From: Planctomycetota bacterium
Lineage (GTDB): Bacteria; Planctomycetota; UBA1135; UBA2386
Length of the DNA: 64,000 nt
NCBI GenBank assembly: GCA_965223545.1
Contig: OZ245006.1
Coordinates: 4,544,001-4,608,000, forward strand
Reading direction: 5' to 3'
In this document: positions 1-10,441 of the stretch, in pieces
How the letters are laid out: the number at the start of each line of letters is the position of its first letter
Numbering within the stretch: position 1 is the first letter of the stretch
Notes under the pieces: generated by a model
Database searches by the model: none
Seen by the model: the letters and a program-made list of their open reading frames with translations, nothing else
Told to the model about the DNA's origin: nothing
Translations under genes and position numbers: made by a program

Positions 1-2374
1 CGCTGACGACCGGTGAACTCGTAGATCGTAGTTGATCCGACCAATCAGCCGGCGGGACAGGCGGCGAGGCCCCATCCGGCCGCCACCACTCAACGTCCTC
101 ATACGCTCCATCCTCTACGAATTCAGCAAACTCACCAACGGTGACTGGGAAGCGCGCAAGACGCAATCCCGCTCCTCGTGGCAATAGGTTGGAATCAAAG
201 TCCGCCAGTCGGGGATCGCCAATCTTGGCCAGCGCGTTAGCCGCCTCTATGCGGTCATAGACTCGATAGTATCCTCGATCCAAGCTTGCAATGAGCCGCC
301 GACGAATATCGTCGATGCGACGATCTCGTGTCTTACTCCTCTTTCGCGGCGTCTTGAGGCTTGCGCTCTCAGCAACAGCCTGCGCCAAGATCCCCGCTAA
401 TCGAACGCACGAAACGTCCTCACGCTCCGAATTTCCATCAATCAGCTGGCCGACCAAGTCCCATACCTTGCTAGACATACCCTTCTGCGCACAGTCCAAA
501 ACCACATAGGTCAAGACCTCCCGCCATGTCATTGGATCTGATGCAAGAAGATCCGCCAAGGATACTTCACTGCTACCATCTCTCCCTGGAAGATCCTGGA
601 TTGGAAAATCGTCATCGAAAGAAAGAAACTGGCCCGCGAGAAACTCCTGAAAGCTGCGATGAGGAAACCGATAGAATCCCCGCTGATCAGAAAGGAGCAG
701 ACCCGATCGCTGCTCAAGGTAATCAACCATTCCTGACACATTGATCGCGTCAAAATCGGCCCCCGCTTCGCGTAAAGCTTCATAAAGCAATGTCGCGGGA
801 ATTGACGCCGGCTGATCCCCTTCCCCCTCTCCTTGCTCCCGATGCACTCGGAAAGCGGTATCTCGCAGTGCTGAAAGTACGTCGTCACGCTCGAGCTTGA
901 AACGTTCGGTAAAAACCTCAACCCCTTTCGCCAATCGCACCTTGTTCCATTTATCAAAGAACAGCTCGATACACCGCTCGTAGATCGCCGCTCGCCCACC
1001 CTGACGCAATTCTCCGGCAGCGTCAAGCGAAGTGATGAGCGTCAGGGTCAAGGGCCGCTCAGACAGCGGTACGAGCGACGGCTCTCGCCGGATTCTGTCA
1101 AGCAGCTGATCGGGACGGCTCCCAACATCGGCCGACCCGAGATGGCCGCTGTGTGCGAGGTGTTTATACCATCCGCGAACGAAGTGCTCCGTCGCTCGCG
1201 GCGACAATGGAGCGATAACATCATCCTGAAAACCGTCTAACCTCCACGTGTCCTTCTCTCGATAAGCATATGGACGACTCGTCACGAGAATCCGAACCGC
1301 CGGGTAAGCCTTGGCGAACTTCTTGATGACACTCTTGAGTCGCGTCCTCTCGTCGGGCCGGGCCGGCGTTTCGTCCAGTCCATCGAGAATCAGAAACACA
1401 CCTCGCCCCCCAATCGCAGCCGAACTTAGCTCTCGGCGAATGAAAGGCGCAAATCCGGACGGTATACGAAACTGCGCCCCATCAGACTCAAGATGGCGCA
1501 GCAGGTGATCGGCGTCAATATCCGTATCCGCAGTCGGAAAGGCGCTAGAATCCGCCACGAATGCACGAAGCTCAACAAAGAGAGGGATAAGCGCGCCGTG
1601 CGGCCAAATCTCCTCACTTCCATCCGCTCCCACCAACTTCTGCAACCAATGATGAGCCTGCGAGCGGGCTAGCCCCGCCAAACACAGCGCGAGAAACCTG
1701 CTGAAGGCTGTTTTCCCGCTTCCTGCGGGCCCCAACAGAACAAAATTCTGATACGTGCTAACCGCTCTTACTACAGGTTCACGACTCTCAAGATCTAGGG
1801 CTGTGTATACTTCGTCGAGTGCGGGCGCCTCATCGTCTGCCTGTCGGATCGCAGCCATAGGTAGCACCCGCAGTCGATTCCAAAGAGCGTCGAGATACGC
1901 GTCGCGCTGGAGCGCGAAATCACCATACTCCGCGTCCCATCCATAGAACCGGTCGCGGACCTCCTGGGCCCGTTCAAGTCGGTGACGAAGATCGTCCCAC
2001 GCGTCAACACGGAGATCGAACCGAGTTGAACGACTCAGGCTACGCACCGCCTCCTGTAAGGCCGCGTCTCGTCTCGCAGTTGTCGCGATAATGTATTGGT
2101 CTAGTTGCGGTGCAAATCGCGATGCCTTGGCGACCTCTTTCTGCACTTGGCCAATAGTGACTGGCCTTGACGACCATTGATCGCGCAGTTTGCATTGTAC
2201 GCCCACCACCTTGCCGTCGAGCGTCCCGGATATGTCGACACCCTTTTGTGTCTGCCCACCGACACCGATGAGCTGGGCTGATCCTGGATCCCATTCTGCC
2301 GAATAGAGCTCCAAGCAAAGGCTCTCGAAGTCTTGCCAGTTTGCCGGAGGGGGAAGCTGAATCGGGCGAGACAT
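1..2374 (-). CDS. Mrr-like restriction endonuclease - NACHT NTPase - FGE/SUMF1-domain protein (NLR-like; 3' end runs off the window)
   Basis: Manual translation from ATG at 2374: MSRPIQLPPPANWQDFESLC...GQTQKGVDISG...GVQCK...YIIATTARRDA (Mrr-like D-QxK nuclease). Walker A GPAGSGKT, Walker B FLILDGLDE, ILVTSRP, HRSFQEFLA, then ALAKIGDPR and RFPVTVGEFAEFV (start of an FGE-type domain). Absent from the ORF track, consistent with no stop codon inside the window. Confidence 0.88.
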   Translation of the reverse strand, partial: MSRPIQLPPPANWQDFESLCLELYSAEWDPGSAQLIGVGGQTQKGVDISGTLDGKVVGVQCKLRDQWSSRPVTIGQVQKEVAKASRFAPQLDQYIIATTARRDAALQEAVRSLSRSTRFDLRVDAWDDLRHRLERAQEVRDRFYGWDAEYGDFALQRDAYLDALWNRLRVLPMAAIRQADDEAPALDEVYTALDLESREPVVRAVSTYQNFVLLGPAGSGKTAFSRFLALCLAGLARSQAHHWLQKLVGADGSEEIWPHGALIPLFVELRAFVADSSAFPTADTDIDADHLLRHLESDGAQFRIPSGFAPFIRRELSSAAIGGRGVFLILDGLDETPARPDERTRLKSVIKKFAKAYPAVRILVTSRPYAYREKDTWRLDGFQDDVIAPLSPRATEHFVRGWYKHLAHSGHLGSADVGSRPDQLLDRIRREPSLVPLSERPLTLTLITSLDAAGELRQGGRAAIYERCIELFFDKWNKVRLAKGVEVFTERFKLERDDVLSALRDTAFRVHREQGEGEGDQPASIPATLLYEALREAGADFDAINVSGMVDYLEQRSGLLLSDQRGFYRFPHRSFQEFLAGQFLSFDDDFPIQDLPGRDGSSEVSLADLLASDPMTWREVLTYVVLDCAQKGMSSKVWDLVGQLIDGNSEREDVSCVRLAGILAQAVAESASLKTPRKRSKTRDRRIDDIRRRLIASLDRGYYRVYDRIEAANALAKIGDPRLADFDSNLLPRGAGLRLARFPVTVGEFAEFVEDGAYEDVEWWRPDGASPPVPPADWSDQLRSTSSPVVS

Positions 2375-2523
2375 TGCTTTTGGCTAGTATAGCCTCCAGG
2401 ATTGGCACCATCGAGTCTTGGGGGCAATTCGGGCGGCCACTCCGTGCAGCCGAAGGGTCCAACAATTCGGCCGAACCAGAAGCTGTGGAAGACCAGGTAC
2501 TAGCGTCGGCGTAGAATCGGGGA

Positions 2524-2700
2524 ATGACGGCCGACACCTTCGCTTTCCAGCTGTTGCTTGCAACGTTCGGGGGATGGGTGAACCGCGAGCAAGCGCAGGT
2601 CATCGACTACCTGCGCGAGGAGAATCGAGTTCTGAAGGAACAGCTCCGCGGACGACGAGTGCGCCCGACGGACGACCAACGCCGGCTACGCGGGGGCGAG
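2524..2700 (+). pseudogene. N-terminal fragment of an integrase-core IS transposase
   Basis: FQLLLATFGGWVNREQAQVIDYLREENRVLKEQL...TDDQRR is homologous to the 3446 transposase N-terminus; it ends just before the adjacent element. Confidence 0.75.
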
Positions 2701-2718
2701 AAACGACCGTGGCCCGCG

Positions 2719-3519
2719 TGGTCCGAATATTCGGACGGTGCCGATTGAGGCCGTCGCTGGCGGATTCGATCTCCATTCGGCCACCGCGGCCTGCGACGCC
2801 GTGCGGACGATTTCGACGCGGGCGCGTGCGAGGATCGCGCAGAAGTGTTTCGTGAACCTCGTATCTCAGTGCGTGACGAGGCCGCGAGCAGTCCACACCT
2901 CAGTCGTGAAGAAGTCGGCCGCGGCGATCACGTCAGCATGGGTTCGGAGGAACGTGCGCCACGAGGTGGGGCGGTCGGGGGGCCGATGCCGTGCTCCTTC
3001 AAGGTCTTCGCGATCGTGGACTTCGCGACGTCGTGGTCGAGCTTCATGAGCTCGCCGCGGATGCGCCCGTAGCCCCACCCGGCGTTGTCGGTGGCCATGC
3101 GCACGATTAGAGCGCGGATAGCCTTCATGAGGCCGGGGCGGCCGACGCGCTTGGTCGAGTGGGCCGGGTGAGTCCACTTGGCGGCGATCAGCTGACGGTG
3201 CCAGCGCATGATCGTGTCAGGCGTGACGATCGTGGCGACCTGGTGGAGGAGTCGCCAACCGAGCACCTTGCCCTTCGCGGCGAGTCGTCGGCGCTGGTCA
3301 TCCGTGAGGCGGGGGCGCTTGTTGCCGAGCTGCTCCCGCATGACTCGGTTCTCTTCAACCAAGGAGGCGACAACTTGAGCTTGCTCGCGGTTGACCCAGC
3401 TTGCGAAGGTGGCGAGCAGCAGCTGGAGCGGGAAGAAGTGGGGCATCGGACCCGATGATCGGCTCCTGATGCCCTCGTCGTAAGCTGAGTGTTCTCAGGC
3501 CGATCGAATAATCGGACCA
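2719..3519 (-). mobile_element. Internally deleted IS element (TG...CA ends, 15-bp TIRs, CGCG flanks) with a frameshifted integrase-core transposase
   Basis: TGGTCCGAATATTCG (2719-2733) versus the reverse complement of CGAATAATCGGACCA (3505-3519): 14/15 match. CGCG lies on both sides. Transposase pieces at 2928-3446 and 2866-3177 (WGYGRIRGEL, AADFFTTEV). Confidence 0.8.
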
Positions 3520-3695
3520 CGCGGGCGGCGCGAGGGAACGCGCCGTGGTCGCTAGCAACTCACGTGCCGTCCGAATCTGCGACCTAGCCCGTCGACCAGA
3601 GGTTTCCTGCGACCTTGGTCGCAGATAGAGGCATCTGGAACCAAAACACCTGACTTACGTGCACTAGATGAACGACTTGAACGAGCTGACCGTTC

Positions 3696-5301
3696 GCGGG
3701 ATAGGCATTTCAAAGTGCCTCCGGCCTTCGCAAGAGGCCATCGGCGAACCGCCCCATGGTTCCGAACCGCTCGGCAGGTGCGGTGAGGCGTCCCCGACGA
3801 GGTGAAACGCCCGAGTTTCCGGGGTGCGCGCAGACCCCATGCGCGCGGCGACCCGATCATGGCATGCAACCCGTTCACTCGAACGGCAGCGGCGGCTCGG
3901 GCGGGCCGCGAGCCGCCGCGATGAGCGGCGGCTCCGCGGGCAGCTCGAGATGGCGCAAGATGCGGTCGAGGACCGCGGGGTCGGTCAACAGGTCGAGCAC
4001 CTTGCGCGGTCCGCCGCAGTGCGGGCACACCAGGACGTCCACCTTGAACACCCGCTGCATCAGCTCGGCCCACGAGTACCTCCGGCGTCCACGACGTGGC
4101 GGTGGTGGACGGTCGTCGTTGCCGTCGGAGTCCGCGCGATGCGCGCAGGTGGGCTGTTCGTCTTCCGGCGGGTCCGGGACGACGAGGTCGCGGTAGGCCG
4201 CGGCCGGCGCGAACACCCCGTGGTAGGTGACGAGGTGCACGCGCGGTCTTGGCACCAGCGCGGCGAGGCGTGCGATGAAGTCGAGCGGGTCGAGGACCAC
4301 GTGCGTCGAGCCGTCGCGGTAGCGCTTCTTCAGCTTGTAGAGCACTTTTGTGCCGTCCTTGGACAGCGACAGGCGCTCGTGGACGATGGCAGGCCGTGCC
4401 ACGTAGCGGCACAGCTTCTCGAGCCGCTCGGGGCTGAACTCCGGTATGCGCACCGCCGCGTTCAGCGAGAAGCCATCGCAGGATGCGCACAGCTTGCCGC
4501 GCTTGACAGCGGCTCGTGAGCGGTGCCGCGTCCGAGCCGCGGCGCAATGTGACCGGCGTGCGGACCGAGCGCGATCTTGCCCTGTACCGACGCAGCGCTA
4601 AGTCCTTCGAACAGCGACGGCTCGTCACAGCCGGGGTCGTCGATGCCTTCGTCGTCTTCGGGCGGTGGCTTGCCCCGCTTGCGCAGCAGCCGCAGCACGC
4701 GATCTCGCAGCGTCTTCACCAGGCTCTGGATGTCGTCGTCGGTGGGGGGCGTGGTGTCGTAGAACTCGGCGCGATCGCGCGGCTCGTCGTCGCGGAAGTC
4801 GATCGAGAAGACGCCGTCCGGCCAGAGCATGTGGAAGTGGACTCAATCGGAGCGCCGAGTCGAAGCGCTGGATGAAGGTCACGCAGCCGGTGCGCGGCTC
4901 GGCGATGCCGCGCCGCTTCGCCCGCGCGCGGTACCACGACGAGATCGCGCGCACGACGACGCGGCGCACCGCCGAGCACAGCGCGGGGTCGAAGGCGCAC
5001 AGAAACCGCACGCGATCGGGCAGCGCCAGCACCCACTGACGCACCCGCACCTCTGGCAGCACGCGGTCGACGAGGTGCGCGGCGGTGTCGGCCATGCGCC
5101 GCGCGCCACACGACGGGCAGAATCCGCGGCGCTTACACGCGAACGCCACCAGGTCGTCCTTCCCACAGGCCGCGCAGTGCACGCGGCAGAAGCCCCGCGC
5201 CCCGCCAGCACCTGGTAGAGCACGGTCTTCTCGGGCTCCCGGCGGACGCGGGTCGGGCCCGCGGCCGCGCGCGGGCGGGGGAGGGTCGCGGTGGTGCCCA
5301 C
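3696..5301 (-). mobile_element. IS91-family (Y2/HUH rolling-circle) element with a transposase pseudogene
   Basis: Zn-binding CAACG...FACKRRGFCPSCG, RQWVL, HFHML (HUH), LCRYVARP and C-terminal CPHCGG are spread over four frame segments. An oriIS-like TTTGAAATGCCTATCC lies at about 3698-3715, next to GTTC. Confidence 0.85.
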
Positions 5302-5602
5302 GATCTCCTGTGCCCCGCACCCGGCGCGCGGGCACGCGCAGCCCTTGGGTCGACCGCCCGGCCCCCCAAGCCCGGCCCACGTTGTTGCCGATAACGCCGA
5401 GGGTTACGGCGCTCGCCCCCAGCCGCCCGCGTTGACGGTGCGCGGCCTGCGGGAGTAACGTGCCGCGCCCGCCTTCCGCCGCTCCGCCATGCCCGCTGCC
5501 CGCCCTGCGCCCCGTGCCCACGCCCCCGGTACCACCGGCGTGATCGGTGGGGAGGCGCATTCTCGGACCCCGACGCTCATAGGGCGTAGAGGGGTTGGGG
5601 TC

Positions 5603-7381
5603 TCAGCCGATCCAGAGCTCCAAGCCCGGGCTCATCGCGACCCCGCCCGGTGCGGAGCCGTCGAGCACGAGGACTTGAGCGTTGATGTTGAGGCCGGCCA
5701 GCGTGGGCTGCGGTGGGATCGACCAAACCACCTGGGCCGTGCCCGTTCCGGGGACGCCACCGGGTCCGGAGAGCGCCAACGGCAGTGTCGCGCTGGGCAG
5801 CACGTGCAGGGTTCCGCCGAGCAGCGGGGTGCTGACGCGCGAGGCCGGGCCGGTGCCGAGCAGCAGAGCGGCGGGAGCGCCGCCGAGCGCGCTCGTCACG
5901 TCGATCGACGTGATCTGTCCCGTGGCGATGGGGCCGGTCGCGTCGATCTGCGGCGCCAGTGCTCCTGTGCCGGCGGTTCCGTTTCCGTATGGAAGCGTCC
6001 CGAACGGGGTGTTGGCGTAGATGCGCAGCGTGCCCGTCCGACCGTCGGGCCACGCCGCGACGAACCGGTTCGCCGCGGCGGCAGTAGTGACCCAGCGGAC
6101 TTCGCCCTGACCCGGCGTCGCGCCGGTGTTGAGGCGGCGATCAACGGGGAGCCAGGTCGAGCCACCGTCGAGCGAGTGGTTGTAGTAGACCGCGCGCGCA
6201 AACTGGCCACCGAAGCCGGCGTTGTGGCGCCAATCCGACCAGGCGACGAACACGCTGCCCGCGAGGGTCGCGATCGACGGCAGTTCGCCGCCGACCGTGC
6301 CGTTGTCGAGGCGGACATCGCTGGCGAGCCAGGCCGCGCCGCCGTCGAGGGAGCGGGAATAGAACACGCCACCCCGATTGTCTTGCCACGTGGCGTGCAC
6401 TGTGCTGCCTTCAGCGGCGAGCGCCAGCCTGAGCGAGTAACTGGCGCCGGGCGGATCGGTGTCGAGCCGCCTCTCCTGCGCGAGCCAGGTCGTGCCCGCA
6501 TCCAGCGAGCGGTTGAAGTAGATGTCCTGTTCGCCGTTGCGCGAGTCTTCCCAACCGACGGCGACCATCGTGCCTCGGGCCAGAATGGTCGGGTTGGCCG
6601 ATCGCGTGGTCGACACGCTCGCGTTGGTGTTGATCCGGATCTCCGCCGGCAGCCAGGTTGCGCCACCGTCGGAGGAGCGGTTGAAGTAGATGTCGCCCGG
6701 CCGGGAGCCACCGTGGCGGTGGTCGCTCCAGACCAGGTAGACGTGGGGCGGGGCGACCGCCATCTCATGGTTGAACGACGTTGACGGGTCGCTGTCGACC
6801 CGAACCGGCGTGGTCCAGTGCGTGCCCCCGTCGAGCGAGCGGCTGAGGTAGATGTCGCTGGAGCGCTCGGTCCAGGAGACCCAGACCTCGGGACCGACCG
6901 CGAAGACCCTGATTTCGTGGGCCGTGCCGCTCGCCACCTGCGTGTTGATGCGCTGGTCCGTCGTGCGCCAGGTCGTTCCGCGGTCCAACGACCGCGTGAA
7001 GTACACGTTGGTACCGGTGAGTCGCGACTCGACCCAAGCCACGTACACGCTCGATCCCGACACGGCCACGGCCGGCAGGCGCGAGATCCAGCGACCCGCG
7101 GCCATCAGGCTGATGCGCTTGTCGTCGACCAACCAGGTCGCGCCCCCGTCGAGCGATCGGTTGAAGTGGATGTCCGTTCGGGTCGCATGGGCGCGCGCGT
7201 CGGCCCACACGACGAAGATGCCGTCGCCGCCGTCGGTGGCGATCTGCTGCTCGGAGGCAAACCCTGTGGTCGGGTCGTTGGTCGTCACTTGCACGTCGGG
7301 AACGCGCTGGGCGACAGCAGGCATCGCCATGGCGGCCAACAGCGAGACGGGGATGCTCACGCCGACGAGACTGCTCCACAT
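5603..7381 (-). CDS. Secreted BNR/Asp-box repeat (sialidase-fold) protein with the shared C-terminal domain
   Basis: Signal peptide; repeated SLDGGxTW Asp-boxes. Confidence 0.88.
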   Translation of the reverse strand: MWSSLVGVSIPVSLLAAMAMPAVAQRVPDVQVTTNDPTTGFASEQQIATDGGDGIFVVWADARAHATRTDIHFNRSLDGGATWLVDDKRISLMAAGRWISRLPAVAVSGSSVYVAWVESRLTGTNVYFTRSLDRGTTWRTTDQRINTQVASGTAHEIRVFAVGPEVWVSWTERSSDIYLSRSLDGGTHWTTPVRVDSDPSTSFNHEMAVAPPHVYLVWSDHRHGGSRPGDIYFNRSSDGGATWLPAEIRINTNASVSTTRSANPTILARGTMVAVGWEDSRNGEQDIYFNRSLDAGTTWLAQERRLDTDPPGASYSLRLALAAEGSTVHATWQDNRGGVFYSRSLDGGAAWLASDVRLDNGTVGGELPSIATLAGSVFVAWSDWRHNAGFGGQFARAVYYNHSLDGGSTWLPVDRRLNTGATPGQGEVRWVTTAAAANRFVAAWPDGRTGTLRIYANTPFGTLPYGNGTAGTGALAPQIDATGPIATGQITSIDVTSALGGAPAALLLGTGPASRVSTPLLGGTLHVLPSATLPLALSGPGGVPGTGTAQVVWSIPPQPTLAGLNINAQVLVLDGSAPGGVAMSPGLELWIG

Positions 7382-7529
7382 AGGCTCTAGTCTTGCCGCT
7401 GGAGGTGGCTTGTCAATCCGGGTGGCAGTGCCGTCTGAGGAGCCTGACGAGCGACCCCGGTTGACGGCGGCTTGGCAACGGCTGACACTCGGCGCTGTTG
7501 CTGAACACTAGCGGCTAAAGGAGTCTGGC

Positions 7530-10091
7530 GTGCTCGCGCTCGCATCAGTCTGTGCAGTTCTCGCCACTCTTCAGCAGGATCTGTTCGCGCTCTTGCAGAA
7601 GCAGGGGTTTCCTGCGAGTGCCGAAGAGACCAGCGCGTTGGCGTTCGCCGATGTCGATGCCGACGGCGACCTCGATCTCTTTCTCGGCAACGGCTCGCGT
7701 GCCGGCGGCGTGGTCCGACTCTATCTCAACGACGGCGGGTGGCGTTTCGTGGATGTAACAGCGAACTCGATGCCGGCTTTGGTTGGTCAAACGTGGACGT
7801 TCGCCACGGCCGATGTGGACCGCGACGGCGACGTCGATTTGTTTGTCGGAAACGTGGGGCAGTCCCGGCTGTATCTGAATGACGCCGCGGGCAGTTTCTT
7901 GGATGTAACGAGTGCGCGCCTTCCGCAGGCCTCGGCGCCCACTACTGGTGTGGTGCTGGAAGACTTCGACGGCGATGGTGACGTCGACGCGGTTCTCGCG
8001 AACGCCCGAACGCAGAACCTGCTGTATCTCAATGATGGAAGCGGGTTCTTCTCCGACGTGACCGCAAGCCATATGCCGGTGGCGGCATGGGAGGCGTCCG
8101 CGGCTGCGGCCGGTGACGTTGATGGAGACGGAGACTTGGATCTCGTGTTCGCCAACTATTCGTGCTTTCCGGCGGAGAGAAACGAGCTGTATCTGAACGA
8201 TGGTGTCGGCAGGTTTACGGATGCGACATTGACCAACATGCCCGCGGATGTGGACGCCACGATGTGTGTTTCGCTGAGTGACATTGATGCGGATGCAGAT
8301 CTGGACCTGGTCTTCGGCAACTACGTGGGGCAGGATCGCGTCTACGTCAACGACGGATCGGGGGTCTACCGAGACGAGACCTCGCAGAGACTGCCAACCG
8401 ATTCTGCTGGTTCCTGGGCGATCGCGTTCGGCGACGTGGATAATGATGGCGATGGCGACCTGATTATTGGTCGAGATTTTCGCAATGTTATCTATGTCAA
8501 CGATGGAGGAGGCGTGTTCGTCACAGCTGCGGTGCAGCTTCCTTCACGAACGGGTCCCAGCTTTACCAGCACCGTCATTCTGGGAGACATTGATGGAGAT
8601 CGTGATCTTGACTGTGTCTACGGAGGGATTCACGGCAGCTGGCTGCTCATCAACGATGGGAGGGGCCAGTACTCTGATATGTTGCAACCGCGGCTCGCGA
8701 ACCCGCTGCCTTCGTTTCCGGTCGCTTTGAGTTTCAGGGACGCGCCAGTAACATTGCTCGATGTGGACCGGGACGGGGACGAAGATGCGGCTTTCCTGAC
8801 GCGTTGGGGCTGCCTGCTGTTTGTTAATGATGGTAATGGATGTTTCGGTGACGTAACTGAATCTCAGATGCCTGTTTTGGCATCGGGACTCCGGACCATG
8901 GGTGTTGGAGACGTCGAAGGCGATGGCGATCCCGACATTGTTTTTGTTGATGGGTTGCGAGTTGGCACCTATGAGAACAATGGTCGTGGAGTGTTTTCCG
9001 AGAACCCGAGTTGGTCTTTTGTATCGGGTATGGTTCCGTGGAGCCTGGTCGCTGGTGACTTGGATGGCGACGGCGACGCGGACGTCGTACTCGGTGGCAA
9101 GAACGAAATCGAGCTGTGGTTGAGCGATGGGGCTGGAGCATTCTTGTTCGCGGGCCAGCATCGATTCACCGGTGGCGTCGCGGCGGACTTGGCTCTGGGG
9201 GATCTGGATCTGGATGGTGATCCCGATCTCGTGCTAGGCGTCAACGGTAACCGTGGTTACCTGAACCCCGCGCAGAACCGGATCTACCTGAACAATGGAA
9301 CGGCTGTCTTCGTCGACGCGACGTCGGCCCGGATTCCGCAGCTGGACGACGATACGTCCGGCGTTGCGATCGCGGACGTCGACGGAGATGGAGCGAAAGA
9401 CATCGTTTGCGCCAACCTCGGCGGAAGCCCCCAAGACCGACTGTACCTCAACGATGGCGCGGGGTTTTTCTCGGATGTGACCAGTTCCGCCTTGCCGCCA
9501 ATTCAAATGGCGAGCTATGAGGTGGTCGTTGCGGACGTGGACAGTGACGGAGACCGCGACTTGGTCTTCGTCGGAATCGAGGGCGATCCGCTGCGGATCT
9601 ATCTCAACGATGGATCGACACGGTTTGCGGACGCCGGACCGCGGGCCTTTCCCGCAGGTGTGCTCGGAGCCAACTCCGTTGCTGCCGCCGATGTAGACGG
9701 CGACGGAGATGAGGATCTTCTCACCAGCGCTCATCTCTTGGTCAACATGCAGCGTCAACTCGACGCTCCATACTTGCTGCGAAGCGGTCAGCCGTACCTC
9801 TTGGAGACCCACTCGCGATCCGGATTACCGGCGGTTTCCGTGGCGATGCTCTCGACGCTCCGCGCCTCATACCCCTTCGGTGCCGCAGGAACTCTCGGCT
9901 TGGCACCTGGGAGCATCTTCGTGCTTCCACCGTTGCTCATGCAGCCTCAGACGGGATTCGCCAGCCACCGGGTCATGGTCCCCGGCGACCCATCGTTGTC
10001 TGGCGTCCCGCTTCACGCGCAGGCAATCCTCATCCCCCTCTTCATGCCCCCCGAGTTGACGAGTGTCGTCAGCGATCGGGTGCTGCGCTGA
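7530..10091 (+). CDS. FG-GAP/VCBS repeat protein with the shared C-terminal domain
   Basis: Many DxDGDGDxD and LYLNDG repeats. Confidence 0.9.
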   Translation: MLALASVCAVLATLQQDLFALLQKQGFPASAEETSALAFADVDADGDLDLFLGNGSRAGGVVRLYLNDGGWRFVDVTANSMPALVGQTWTFATADVDRDGDVDLFVGNVGQSRLYLNDAAGSFLDVTSARLPQASAPTTGVVLEDFDGDGDVDAVLANARTQNLLYLNDGSGFFSDVTASHMPVAAWEASAAAAGDVDGDGDLDLVFANYSCFPAERNELYLNDGVGRFTDATLTNMPADVDATMCVSLSDIDADADLDLVFGNYVGQDRVYVNDGSGVYRDETSQRLPTDSAGSWAIAFGDVDNDGDGDLIIGRDFRNVIYVNDGGGVFVTAAVQLPSRTGPSFTSTVILGDIDGDRDLDCVYGGIHGSWLLINDGRGQYSDMLQPRLANPLPSFPVALSFRDAPVTLLDVDRDGDEDAAFLTRWGCLLFVNDGNGCFGDVTESQMPVLASGLRTMGVGDVEGDGDPDIVFVDGLRVGTYENNGRGVFSENPSWSFVSGMVPWSLVAGDLDGDGDADVVLGGKNEIELWLSDGAGAFLFAGQHRFTGGVAADLALGDLDLDGDPDLVLGVNGNRGYLNPAQNRIYLNNGTAVFVDATSARIPQLDDDTSGVAIADVDGDGAKDIVCANLGGSPQDRLYLNDGAGFFSDVTSSALPPIQMASYEVVVADVDSDGDRDLVFVGIEGDPLRIYLNDGSTRFADAGPRAFPAGVLGANSVAAADVDGDGDEDLLTSAHLLVNMQRQLDAPYLLRSGQPYLLETHSRSGLPAVSVAMLSTLRASYPFGAAGTLGLAPGSIFVLPPLLMQPQTGFASHRVMVPGDPSLSGVPLHAQAILIPLFMPPELTSVVSDRVLR

Positions 10092-10130
10092 TGCTGCGGG
10101 AATGGGGCCGTCGGCGATCCGGCCCGTCAA

Positions 10131-10415
10131 TCAGGGTGGCAGCGCCACGTCGATCGTGCACGGCGCGCATCCCTCGCAGCCGAGCGCGATCGCTCCCCAG
10201 CCCGACGGCACCACCAGCTGGCCGCTGCCGCGGCCGTTGCCGCGCAGTTGGATCTCGACGGTCTGCTTCGCGCCGGGGTCGTCGCGGTCGCTGGCCACGA
10301 CTTGCACCTGCTGGCCCGCCCGCGCGGGGTCCTCGAAGACGATGGTGAGGATGCCGCCGTCCGGCACGGGCTCGCGCGAAGTGCGCGCGAAGCAATCGAG
10401 CTTGGGCTCATCCAT
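10131..10415 (-). CDS. Small hypothetical protein (94 aa)
   Basis: MDEPKLDCFAR...CEGCAPCTIDVALPP; typical codon usage, directly downstream of epmA. Confidence 0.6.
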   Translation of the reverse strand: MDEPKLDCFARTSREPVPDGGILTIVFEDPARAGQQVQVVASDRDDPGAKQTVEIQLRGNGRGSGQLVVPSGWGAIALGCEGCAPCTIDVALPP

Positions 10416-10441
10416 TTGGACCGCTGATCGTAAGCGCCGGG

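Noticed and set aside
291..2010. Short ORFs listed in the track for the first 2 kb
   Set aside because: They are out-of-frame shadows of the long NACHT gene.
2866..2868. TGA in the IS transposase as selenocysteine
   Set aside because: It is not at a redox Cys position, coincides with a deletion junction, and has no SECIS-like hairpin.
7530..10091. Repetitive DNA as a CRISPR or tandem array
   Set aside because: The repeats are degenerate coding FG-GAP motifs; there are no identical repeats with unique spacers.
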